From assembly GCF_041956535.1 (NCBI RefSeq), contig NW_027192198.1:504714-568713 (forward strand): a stretch of 64,000 nt of DNA. The letters are read 5' to 3'. The notes beneath the pieces were generated by a model, which was not told where the DNA came from, did no database searches, and saw only the letters and a program-made list of their open reading frames with translations. How positions within the stretch are numbered: position 1 is the stretch's first letter; each line of letters opens with the position of its first letter. The DNA is from Calcarisporiella thermophila CBS 279.70 (lineage: Eukaryota; Fungi; Calcarisporiellomycota). Below, in pieces: positions 28,131 to 40,092 of the stretch. Both the position numbers and the translations under genes were made by a program.

Positions 28131-28423
28131 AGTTAATGAGTGTTTTGCTTTGTGAATAGATAAAGAAACGAGAGAATCCGGAAGAAAAAGGGATTTAAAT
28201 ATATTGCGAGGTTAATAAATCTGAGTTCGAAACTGGTGAAGAATGCTCGATCATTCGCTAAATCAAAACCTGTCGAATCAATATGAAGGGGTTTGTTGAG
28301 GTTTGTCCATTCATTACACAAAAAGCATTGGAGCAAGCCCCGCTTGTAATAATAATAAAGCCATTTAATATTTGCTCGCATCCACACTTAGAACCTGGCG
28401 ATGAAAAACAAGATCATCAAACC

Positions 28424-31400
28424 TCATTTTTTGCCAGCAAGAAAAAGAGTTCGGAAATCCGCATTGCTTTTCCCGCTGGGCTGCGAGTCAGCCATTTGTT
28501 TATTCGATTCTGGTGAAGTAGGTGACCCATTCTCAGGTTTCATATTCCGAGCTTTTCTATGTTCGAATCCAAGGCGAGGATTGGGCCGTTGCAATCGCCG
28601 GGGAATCATTGGAAGCTGGTGGCCTTTCCCTTGAATATTACTATAAGTACCAAGTGATCCAGTGTTAGCTTCCATATCACAACATTTTCCAGCTGCCATC
28701 GGACCTTGTATGGACCGCTACGGTAGATGTGAGCGCAGGAGGTTCAGCAATATCGACATGTATCTTGTGACCGTTAAGATTATGCCCATTTAAGGCGAGA
28801 GCTGCTTTTCCAGATTCCTATAGGGGAACATATTTAAACATTAACAATTCCACAATATTAATGGAAAAAGAAGTGATAGCTACAACGATATCTTCCAATT
28901 CAACAAATGCCCCCCCTTTACTCGGGACCAATTCTACGCTTTTAACTTTGCCATAAGGAGAAAATAGAGCTCTTAGCTCCTCTTCCGTAGTGTCAGGAGG
29001 CAAATGATGAACGGAGACTCCATTTGCCTGGCGTTTAATATTCGAGGTGCTGGTTTTCACTGGGTTCTGCCGGGCCTTCTGTTTTTGCTCCTTTATGTGT
29101 TGTATGGTAGCATCAGCCCTATTTCATTAACATGGGTGAAATTCCATTAGCACGTTAGTTTATGTGGTTAGATTTTAACATACTCAATAGATTTCTTCTT
29201 GCGTTCTGCGTTCGGGTCAGCAATACTGACAACTATAATCCGCCCATTAAATTCGGTTGAATTCAGAGCGAGGGCATTAGTAGCATGCTCCTTTATATAT
29301 AAATGAATTTAAATCCCAGTGGTAAAATATATATTTGCCCATTTAGTTACCTCGTGCACAAATTCGACAATAGCACATCCTTTATATTTTCCATTCGGTC
29401 CATAAATTAAACGACAATCCTTTAGTTGGCCATACTAAGTAGAAAATGCATATTTTGGTGAAGGAATTTAATGTAATAAAAAGATGGTTGCCTCATTTGG
29501 ATACTTACAGCTTGAAAAAGTTTGGTCACTTCATCTAAATTGGAAGAGTGCGGTAAATTGGCTACAAACAGCACACAGGGATCGATTTCTTTTGGTCTAA
29601 TATGATCGTGCAGAAACAAAATAAGCACCAAAATCCAGGGCGTAAAATTTAGGTATTTAAAAAAAACAGACTTTTCTGGAGCTCTCTCTTGTTTCATACG
29701 AGGATTCGAAATTGCAACAGAAAGTGCTCGATCCGATTCGATCTCTTGTCCATTTAGTACGAGAGAATCCGTGGCCATTTTCTAAAACAATATTAATATC
29801 ATTTAAGGGTATTTCATAAATTTAAGCATTATAATAATTACAGCATCTCTAAACTCGATATAGGCAAATCTGCGAAGCTTCCCTGGTTTGGGCGCCGGCA
29901 TTCGTACCTCTACGATATCTCCAAACTACCGAGTGTAGGAGAGGTTATCAAATATCTATAAAAATAAACGTTTATAAAGTAATGCAAATACCATGCTAAA
30001 CATATCCCGTAGATCTTTCTCAGTTATTGCTGATGAAAAGTTGCACACATAAATAGTCTTAGGATCACGTTCATCCCTCTCCTCCGCTGCATGCACTCCC
30101 ACCTTTTGTGCACCCATTTGTTGGCCATCCTTGTTAAGCGCATTATTGGCTTCCTCCTAGAATGTTAACAATTAATATTCAAAATTTTTGGTAAAGGAAC
30201 TGACAAAATAAAATCAATAAAACTTCGTTCAATACCTGGTTTGTGAACAATATATACGCATAGCCCTTGCAGTTTCCATCAAAATCACGCACGATATTTA
30301 TTTTTTGAATATTACCACACTAAAAAAGAAGAAGGGTTAAAACTGAATTACGTAAATATTTGCAAGAATATTTGCAAATTACCTCACTAAAAAACTCTTT
30401 TAGTTGTGTAGTAGTGACATTTTTTTCAAGATTGTTCACAAAAATTGTCCTATTTTCGCTATCAATTAAAATAGGCATAAATTAAATCAATGTAAGTTGA
30501 ATACAATTTAAAAATATAATATACCGATCAAACAAGGTTTTATCTTTCACTTCATCAGATGCACTAACTGTGTTACCAATAACTTAGGATTAATAAAAGG
30601 AGAGCAATTAAAGAAATCTGCACTTTGCAATATATACCTTTGGGCCGTTTTATGTCTTCTCGGTTATCGTTGGAAATATCGTCGTTATCTATATCTTCCG
30701 CTTTACGTTTAGCCCGCTTCTCTAAATCACGCTTCTTTGCCTATTAAATTGTATTGAACGTAAAAACCAGAAATTGTACTATGGTACACATCTCTAGAAT
30801 GGACCTTAAATGCTTTATCTTTTTCAATTCTTTTCTGTCGTTTGATATCATCTTGCTCTCGAACAATTGCCTGCTGATTGGCCTCTTCTTGAAGAGCCTT
30901 TATAATGAGAAATTAGCAATAGTAGCAAAAGGACAAGTTAGAAGCCTGATATTTTACCTTTTCTCTTTTTGAAGAGATGATACGCATTTGCTTTTTAATG
31001 GAGGAGCGCGCATGCATGAAGCTTTCCAAGGAACCATACTCATGTTCAAAGGTAAGCCATGCATCAAAAACGCGTTCGGGCCAGTCTAAATTAACACGTG
31101 TACGTGCTTGCTTATAAATTGATCGTGCTTTTGCAATGTCTCCATGTTCCCTATTAATATATAAATAATACATTATGATGATACAATAGTGAATATAAAT
31201 ACAAACGGTTTACTTCTCAAACTGTGCAAAGGAGATCCATGCTTCAGAGGAAGACGCGTGTCGGGAAATAATTTCGTTCCAAATACGTCTTGCCTCACCG
31301 ACGTCCTTCAGCAGAGTACCCTGACGTTACATTAATTCAATATCAAACCAAGGCTTAGCTAAAGAATGTGTATTATAATTCACACACCTCAATAAAGGCT

Positions 31401-33231
31401 TGATACTTTTCGACGCGGAAATACGGGTCGCCGTCAGGGAATGCTAAAAAGGGAAGATGTTAGCCTGCGCTGTCAATAGTCGAATAATATACAAATACAA
31501 GCCTTGATATATTGCATCAATTCCCTGACTAAAAGTTTTGCGCAAACGAAGAGCTTGTTCTGAAGTAATCTCTAAAATATTTTCAAAATATAGAGAAATT
31601 ACACAATTGATATATAAAAATGTCAGTTGTTATTACCATTAGAGACAGCAGCTGCACGTCTTTCATAATCGCATTTTGACATTACTACTTTAGATAACTC
31701 TTCTATATAATAACTGATATCACTAGCAAGAGCCCTCGTAAATACAGCTATCAAAAAAGAATTAGATCGATGAATCTTTAACCATCAAATAACAGTATAC
31801 CTTCTACATCGAAGAGAGGTACTTTATATTTCTCCTAAGAAAATAGTAGACACAAATATTTAAATCCTCAATCACTTCTAAAATACCAGACTGATGAAAA
31901 ATTTTACCAATATGTTAATATAGAGAGACCATAAATCACCTGACCATGAGCAATATTTCAAAGATCTCTCCAAAATACGTATATGAATGCTCAAAGGTGC
32001 GTTATTTTCGAACTGTAAAATAAACTAAATTAATAAGATGTATAGAAAAATCCTTAAAGTCAAGTGCTTACCAAATGCAGAATAAATTCCTCCCAAATCG
32101 ATGGATCTTGATAGTATAAAATCAGTGCTCGTTCAAAAAGGGTATTAATCATAAGATAATTTGGCGGTCGCTTGCTCTTAATAAACTCGATATAGCGATA
32201 AAATTTCTCTATAGAATATCCAGATTGTTCCTTTGTCATAGATAAATTAAGTTATGATATAAGTTAGAAATTATAAAAGCAGTAAATACCCAAGCGATTT
32301 CATGTTTTTCAATTTCATCTAGTTTTTTCCTTGTATTACTGAAGAGTTTGTTAGCTTCTATCATATAAGCTTCATAGTTTCCGTTATCATATTTTGTTAT
32401 AAATGACGAATAATTAGAAAAAGTCGTCTCCTGAACTATATCAAAAAAAATTAAGAAAAGTTATAGAATTATGAATTATTCATCAATAAAACATTGAATA
32501 TACCAACCAGAGTGAGGAATATTTAATCGATCTAAATATAATTTTTTGGTTCTCTCAAAGAGCTCGGTGCTAATTAAGACACGTTAATTAATAGTCTCAA
32601 AGTTTTAGAAGATATATCCTAACAGTATACCTATAGGATCTCTATTATATAGAAAATATAGTTAGACAAATGTCAGCGCCTACAAATAGAAGCAATAAGC
32701 AGTACATACTTCAAGCAATCTCTCTTCAAAATCCTTAATGGAATCCCATACAATATGGCTCTATAAAAAGGGTCAATCGCTGCTTAATCATTGACAAAAA
32801 TATTAATCCACACCTCTAGTACATGATGTCCAACAGTTTTATTTGCTTCGGCAAATATTTCGCGAACCCTGTCAATAGTAAAATCTCTCTGTTCATCTTG
32901 GCTCATGTCTGCGTCCAACTTTTCATATTGAGCAATTGCAAAATCGACATATGATTTCCATATCTTAACATCTTAAATCGATTAATTGTAATATTAGTAG
33001 GAGGTAAGTAAAAGAAAAAAAGCAATATCAGTAGCAAGATTATACTTACAAAGGAATTCATTCAAAGCATTTTTATAGAGCTCGACGATATTATTTTTCT
33101 CTTCAAGCGTACAGGCTTTATTTGCCTCACTCTCGATTTTTTGCAGAAGTAATTCTTTTTAATCGTTAGAACTTTCTCAAGATAGAATTTATTAGCATAA
33201 ACATACCTTCATTAAAGATATCTTTGTCCAT
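28424..33231 (-). CDS. PRP24: Prp24/SART3 U4/U6 snRNP recycling factor (HAT repeats + 4 RRMs + Lsm-binding tail)
   Basis: HAT repeats (LFERAL..W, ILERSLKYCSWSGDLW, LDWPERVFDAWLTFE), four RRMs and C-terminal KSNADFRTLFL. Many small exons, including an 11-nt microexon at 32631-32641. Start codon tentative. Confidence 0.9.
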
Positions 33232-33385
33232 TCTCTAAATTTCACAATAAAGAAAACGGCAAGCTCATTAAAATGGCCACATTGGCTAAGCCACATTCGA
33301 TTTATTGCTCTTTGCGATTCAACCTTTAATGATATATTTTCGCCCTATCGCAACCACTCTCGAGCCGTGTCTTACACCGCACATA

Positions 33386-33825
33386 ATGGTAAACTATCCA
33401 TCCATCCATCCATCACTCTAAAATTCTCAGATATCATTCGATGGAGTCCGTAAACCCAAACTTGATTACAGAAATGATATGATAGAATCAATATATTGGG
33501 ATCTGATATGGAATTTATGATCTCGAGGATCTGTGGTCAGATCTATCATTTCTTAGCAACAATCACTTGTGTTCCAATCTTTATATTTTTAATGATGGCT
33601 TTATATATCTTCATTCATCAACAGGATCAGAAACAACCCATTAAACTTGCTAAAGTCATCAAAATCCTCGGGCGAACTGGTTCCCGTGGAGGCGTTACAC
33701 AGGTGCGCGTAGAGTTCATGGATGATACTACCCGTCAGATTATTCGTAATGTAAAAGGTCCTGTACGTGAAAATGACATTTTATGTCTCCTAGAATCTGA
33801 ACGTGAAGCCCGGCGCCTGCGCTGA
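33386..33825 (+). CDS. RPS28: 40S ribosomal protein S28 (eS28)
   Basis: ATG|GTAAAC, intron to 33624, then [42 protein letters not shown]. Confidence 0.97.
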
Positions 33826-34682
33826 GATAATTTTAGTAAAATGAATATATATCTAGGTATTTAATTGAATAATTATTTTCTATATTTGGTACATAGATTT
33901 AATTAGTGCTATTTCTTATTTAGATCTGCTTATCCTCCCCTTTCCACCTCTAATTAACCTTTGAATAAATCCGTTGCACATAATTACCTCAATAATTCCC
34001 TTGAAATATTACATTCAAAGAATAAAACAGATATCTCGATCTGAGAGTAATTGCAAAATTTCTTTCAATGTATTCTCTAACTGTACTGCATGATTCCCAA
34101 TGGTTATATCAAATTTGTTTCATATCTGACAGATTTTCAACTTCTGGACTACGGTGGTGATATTTTTGTAGAGTGTAAAGTGGTTAAGGGCAAAATGTAT
34201 TTATCATTTGACTGAACTTAATGAATTTACGACAATTTGCGTTATATACTCCGCTCTTAATTTTAGCATTCAGTGAAATTCCAGATCGTTGCTGGATCTC
34301 TAATAGTAAGATATATTATACCTACAAGAAATATGGGCTAAGGGCAATCAATGAATATTTAAGGATAAATCCTACAATTTGACCTCATTTTTAAAAAACT
34401 TTAGTGTATATTTGATATTTTGCTATTTAAATATATATTCCTCGAGTTACGGAGGTGTCGGGGTTCCAAAAATCCAAATAAAGTAATTCAAGAAAAGATT
34501 GATTATTTTTTATAAAAATCAAGGATTATTTATAAACTTCAAGAAAATTCTTTACATAATTAAAGTTGGCATTAAAGTTCAAATATAAACTAGTGTAAAT
34601 ATTACAAAATTAAAACATTATATAAGGCATAACGGTTTTCCACTTATGTTTTCTAAGAAAATTACAATAAATCAACTCCATA

Positions 34683-35180
34683 CTACTCTCCCCAACTTGA
34701 AAATCACCGCTTAGAATATATAAGGTTGCTTCGTAAAATTTCGTATTCCTGCATCGCTTATTGTTATCCAAATTCCGCACCGGTCCCCAGTTAATCTCCG
34801 CTTCGCCATAATCGGTCCACTTCACCTAATATTCTACTCTCTCGTTACTGTCGAACTTTCTTTTCCAAAACGCATTCAATTTCATATTCAATGCCACCTT
34901 CTTTATCGACTGGTGGAGACGGTGGGTTATATCTGTTAGGATACTCTTGTGGGGCACTTGTGAAATCGTTCAGAAGTGAGGCACGGAAAACTTGATGAAT
35001 TCTTAGCGATTTCGGCAACTTCTCTATACTGAGTGATATTTTATTTTCTGTGATTTCGTATGATCCAACGAACTTGTGTTGTAACTTCCTTGTCGGTTGT
35101 TGATCCAGTTACGTAAGTTGGAAGTTTGCTGTCGAGGTCATAACCTTATCTCTAATATCTAATTCTTCCTCCCTTGGATC
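34683..35180 (-). mobile_element. Decayed Ty3/gypsy chromovirus relic (integrase C-terminal GPY/F region, chromodomain, probable PPT)
   Basis: Minus-strand reading RKLQHKFVGSYEI..KLPKSLRIHQVFRASLL..EYEIECVLEK..EY*VKWTDYGEAEINWGPVRNL, with stops and a frameshift. Purine tract GGGGAGAGTAG lies just downstream (34683-34693). Confidence 0.8.
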
Positions 35181-35948
35181 TTGGATTTACCGCAAGCGAT
35201 AGTATCAGACACAGATTGACGATATATTAGAAGGCCTTAAATAATATTTATGAACTAAGGTCGCGATGTCAATATCACCCTGAAACCAACTATATCTTAG
35301 GGCAAATGCTGCGCGTATGTTTCATAATGACAAGATGATGGGGGGATTGTTTAATGGTTGCCGAATTTGCTTACAACAACGTAAAATAATCATAAACGAG
35401 AATGAATCCCTTTGTATCTAATATTAGGCAAACCCAATCGTAATATCAAGTCTTTTGGAATTCACGCCACGTCGGATCAACGTCCAAGCTACAGGTGACC
35501 TTCTTCTCAGAACGACCAACCTATTTAAGATTGCTTCAGATATTTTGGCAACTTGAAGTCAATCTAAGTACGCCAATCAAGATCCAATAAAAGATGAATC
35601 AGAAGAGTGCGCTGACCACAGCGTTGATACGTGCCGGTTGATATTTAATCTTGAACTGATATTTATTAAAAATTGTTACCCACTTCGCCTGTCTAGTAAC
35701 GATATATTATATCGTTACTCGATTTCATTATATTATTTATATGATTAGGTATATTAAATATACCTAGATAAATTTTTCATCTAGTTTCTTAGGCTTAAAT
35801 ACTTCGCCCTTCGCAAATTTCCAAATTTCCTAGAGTAATGACAGCAATTTCGGAGTGACGAAACGCTCATAATAAGCCTTCTGAATGTTCTCTTATTCAT
35901 TCAGGCTTTTTTTCTCCTATAATTGGTATATTGGCCAATTGCGATCGG

Positions 35949-37277
35949 ATGAGCTTGCCATCGAATTCACAGTCTGCAACAGAGGAGAAGCATGAAGATG
36001 GGGTGTCAAACGCGCTGGAACGTCCAAATCCTGCCTTCGACCTCAAATACGATTTCGATTGGTTGGCACCTGATGGATATACAGTGACTCATGTTGGCCA
36101 CCCTTCAGTGAACTCGTACGTCGCACTCTCAGTATTACAACAAATTTATAATCCAAAATTGCCATTTGATCGTGTCTTTAATAAGGCTGATAAAACTGTA
36201 ACTTTCCAACATTATCCTAAGAATTACCCTCCTGTGAGATACCTTAGACCAGGCGAGCGCAAACGCATTTTAGTCACTGGTGGAGCTGGTTTTGTTGGTT
36301 CACATCTAGTTGATCGTCTTATGATAATGGGGCATGAGGTCATCTGTGTAGACAATTTCTTTACTGGCTCCAAGCGTAATATCGAGCATTGGATGGGGCA
36401 TCCACATTTTGAACTAATTCGTCACGATGTTGTTGATCCTCTTGTAATCGAAGTGGACCAAATTTATCACTTAGCATGTCCCGCTTCCCCTCCGCATTAT
36501 CAGTATAACCCTATTAAAACTGTCAAGACAAGCGTTATGGGTACTATTAATATGCTTGGATTAGCGAAGCGAACTAAAGCCCGTTTCCTTCTGTCATCCA
36601 CATCCGGTAGGTTAAACTTTCTTAGTTACTATCTTTTGAAATATTCATTTTAAAACTTTTCCGATAATTTGAATGTAGAGGTTTATGGAGATCCAGAAGT
36701 ACATCCACAAAAAGAAACATATTGGGGGCATGTGAACCCTATAGGTCCTCGTGCGTGTTATGACGAAGGCAAGCGAGTTGCTGAGACACTTACTTATAGC
36801 TACATGCACCAGGGCGATGTTGACGTACGAGTAGCACGCATTTTTAATAGCTTTGGTCCCAGAATGAATGAGACAGATGGTCGGGTTGTGAGCAATTTTA
36901 TAATGCAAGCTCTAAGGGGTGAAGAGTTGACTATATATGGCGATGGATCGCAAACAAGATCTTTTCAGTATATACATGACCTTGTTGATGGTCTTATTCT
37001 TCTTATGAATAAGAACTTCACTGAGCCCGTTAATTTAGGCAACCCAGAAGAATATACAATCCTTGAATTTGCCGAGATGGTACGAGACTTAGTGAACCCC
37101 TCTGCCAAAATTAAATGTCTTCCTGCGACGACGGATGATCCCCAGCGCCGAAAACCAGATATTTTTCGTGCACGTCGGCATCTTAACTGGAGCCCTCGGT
37201 TCAGAGTGAAGCAAGGATTAGAAGAAACGATTCAATATTTCGCAAACGAGCTAGAGGGACCCAATGTTCAAGCATGA
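35949..37277 (+). CDS. UXS1: UDP-glucuronate decarboxylase (UDP-xylose synthase)
   Basis: [30 protein letters not shown]|[31 protein letters not shown] and [10 protein letters not shown]. One intron. Confidence 0.96.
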
Positions 37278-37846
37278 GCAATTAACTACTTTTCATCTTT
37301 AGTACACTTTTAAAAAAATTAGAATATCTCCTGGAAGATATATGACTGATGCCTCAGATAAAAAAAAAGATGGAAGAGGTGTGTTTTTCACAATTTTTAT
37401 AATTTTTATCATCTTGTATTTTTGCGTTTTTTTTTTTCAAGTGCAAATATTACTTCTTCCTTGTGTGCAAAATATAATAAACACCAAGTACCAAATTCGA
37501 ATAGTATTTAATATTATTGTAATAAGATACAAAAAAATAATATTAAGGATATCTATGTATGTTTATATGTATATTAATTTGTATTAGACATTTGTCCATA
37601 ATAAACATCGAGAAACCAAGCTCAATTCATTTCCAACAACAAAGGTATACCAACTGCAATACAAATTATCGCTTAAAAGTTTAAAGAAAGAACGAAAAAA
37701 AAAAACTGTAAGGATACAACCTATAGACGAGATAAAAAACTCAAATTGCAGCCTTTTCAATATACTTTTAAAACTTATGAACATAGTACATAGCTCGTTT
37801 TACACTTATCTCAATTTTACTTTTCGCATTCCTATCTTTCATATAG

Positions 37847-38089
37847 TTCCTTTGTTACGTAAGCATACGTTCCAACGGTTTTATGAAAGACGGGGAATAC
37901 TTACGTCCAACTGACCTAGGCCATCTTCGTAAGCAATTTAGTTAATCATTTGCTGAACTTTCCCCGGACGTCGTCGCTCTCACTGACGCATTTTGTCTAA
38001 AGATTATATTTCTCTGGAGTACACTTAGTTGTTACGATGGAGATGCCTATGGAGCCTTATGGGTTGCAGCATAACATTGGCTTATCAAT
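37847..38089 (+). pseudogene. Acyl-CoA oxidase C-terminal fragment (relic)
   Basis: Single-frame reading ..DGEYLRPTDLGHLRKQFS*SFAELSPDVVALTDAF..STLSCYDGDAYGALWVAA*HWLIN resembles the ACOX C-terminus (LRPDAVALVDAF..S.LG.YDG.VY). TAA at 37943 and 38072. Confidence 0.7.
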
Positions 38090-38405
38090 ATTGAAGTCTC
38101 TACATGGAACGGGGAGGCCATTATGAGGAATATATTTGTCTTTAAATTAGGGGAAGCCTTGAATTCAAGTTTTTAACGCCCATTTTTTTTACCATTAATG
38201 ATGTTTGACTCTTTTATAAATTTATGATTATATTTTAGTTTTCAAGTAAATTATTTTAAACCTTAAAAAAAGAAATTGTAATTAATCCTCATTAAAAGTG
38301 AATTGATCCCCTAGATCGAAATAGGATGAGTATATGGTATACTTGGGTGTATTGAATAACGAATGAAAGTACTCTTGAGTCAATAAAATAAATAGATGTA
38401 CAAAG

Positions 38406-39929
38406 TTAGAAAATTGCAGAGGATGGTAATAATTCTTGGGATGTAGATTTTTGTGAAGATAAAGTCGTTTTCGAGACAGAGACTAGAGAATAATCTATTG
38501 TAATTTAGTATATATTAGATAATAGTAACAAATGAATATAAACAGTAATTTTACATTTATTCGTTAATATCGGAGATGGTGGTTTTCGTCGGCGCATCAA
38601 AACCCATTCACTGAGCGCAGATCGATATTGTTGCATCTCCTCGTACGCTTTGACTAAAATATAAAAATACTGATTAATTATGGATCATGTGCAAACATTG
38701 AAATATATAGCGCACCATATGCACTTGCCCTCTCCAGCCTCGTTGCCTTTTTCAAATCGTTGTAGTGAATGAGGCCGGGGACAGTCGTGTCATGCCATAC
38801 CGCTCTTGAAATCGAAGGAGAACTTGAAATAGATTGATCTTCAGATAACCCTATTTTTTCACGCTGTTTTTCCATTAATTCACGGAGTCGAAGGACAGGC
38901 CCAAGGATGTTATCTTCTTCTGGAGCTTCTTCTTTCGACTGTGTACTTTCTCTCTTTGTCTCAATGTTTGACCAAGAATCGCTCGAATAATATTCATTCT
39001 CATCATCATCCTCTTGAGCATCGTTATCACCGCTCTCGCTCTCTTCATCGTATATATCATTTCGAGGGCTATTTGTTTCTATGACAGAGCTGGAGCATTC
39101 TTCAGACTTCATATCATTCGCTGGTAATTCCTCATCACTTGCTTTGTTTATAAATGTATGTCTTAATCTTTCACCGTCTCCATCTTCCCGAAAATAATCG
39201 TGTGTGGAGTGTGCATTCTTCGCTTTGATACTATGATTATATGGGAGATTATCCGAGGTATTTTCAACTAACGATGCTTTAGGAGCAACATATTCAGAAC
39301 ATTGTGGATTCGATGATGAGAGCTTCTTTAAATTTCGCCTGCACTTCCAGCATACGCATTTTCGACTTTCCGTAGTTTCGAGTATTTTTGGTTTGCATTT
39401 ATAACACATGCACCGAGAAGTTTCAGTGGCATCGAGTGGATCAGCTGAGGAGTTTAAACTAACAAAAATATTAAATATTTTGTAAAATGAACAGGCCAAA
39501 CGTTCGTGGATATTACCAATGGAATCCATCTTCCGGTGACTCTATACTAGGAGAATAAGACTTTTTTCGTAATTCAAATATCGAAGCAGTGCTTTCCAGC
39601 ATCTCCAGTAAATCTCCATGTTCAGTTTTCCACTCTGTGTTCTCCGGATTTTGTGCTGATTTTACTATCGAATTGTCAATCCCTGAACCTTTAGATTCGA
39701 AGTGAATTGAGTAGAGTAAGTTCCGTTATAAAATAAAAAATTTTGAAATCACTACTAACCTTTTTCTTCATTTTCTATTGCTGCCTTTTTATCGCGTATT
39801 AATACTATATATATAAGCAAATTTATTCAATGATAATCAATTAGGAGACAAATAATCTCACGTACGCTCATCTACAACTTGAGCAAGTTCATCGAGCTGT
39901 GAGCGTAGAAAATTACAATCCTCGGCCAT
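38406..39929 (-). CDS. Hypothetical protein with two CxCxxC motifs and an acidic tract
   Basis: Six exons can be joined in frame with GT-AG introns from ATG 39929 (MAEDCNFLRSQLDEL) to TAA 38406. Includes most of ORF 38678..39529. Confidence 0.65.
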
Positions 39930-40092
39930 AAGTTTTAAATAGACGAGATTATAGTATGGTAAAACGCGCTTTACGAAAAGGATATTGGAATTTCAATTTA
40001 TACAAAGCCACCATCAGTCTGAGTTTTTACGAGATATAAGGGATTAAAGGATGTATTTTATAAATTTTAATAGTAATATCGAGTCTCATTCC

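Noticed and set aside
37943-38074. In-frame TAA codons as a sign of an alternative genetic code or RNA editing
   Set aside because: Many intact genes in the window end in TAA; the stops occur only in relic sequences.
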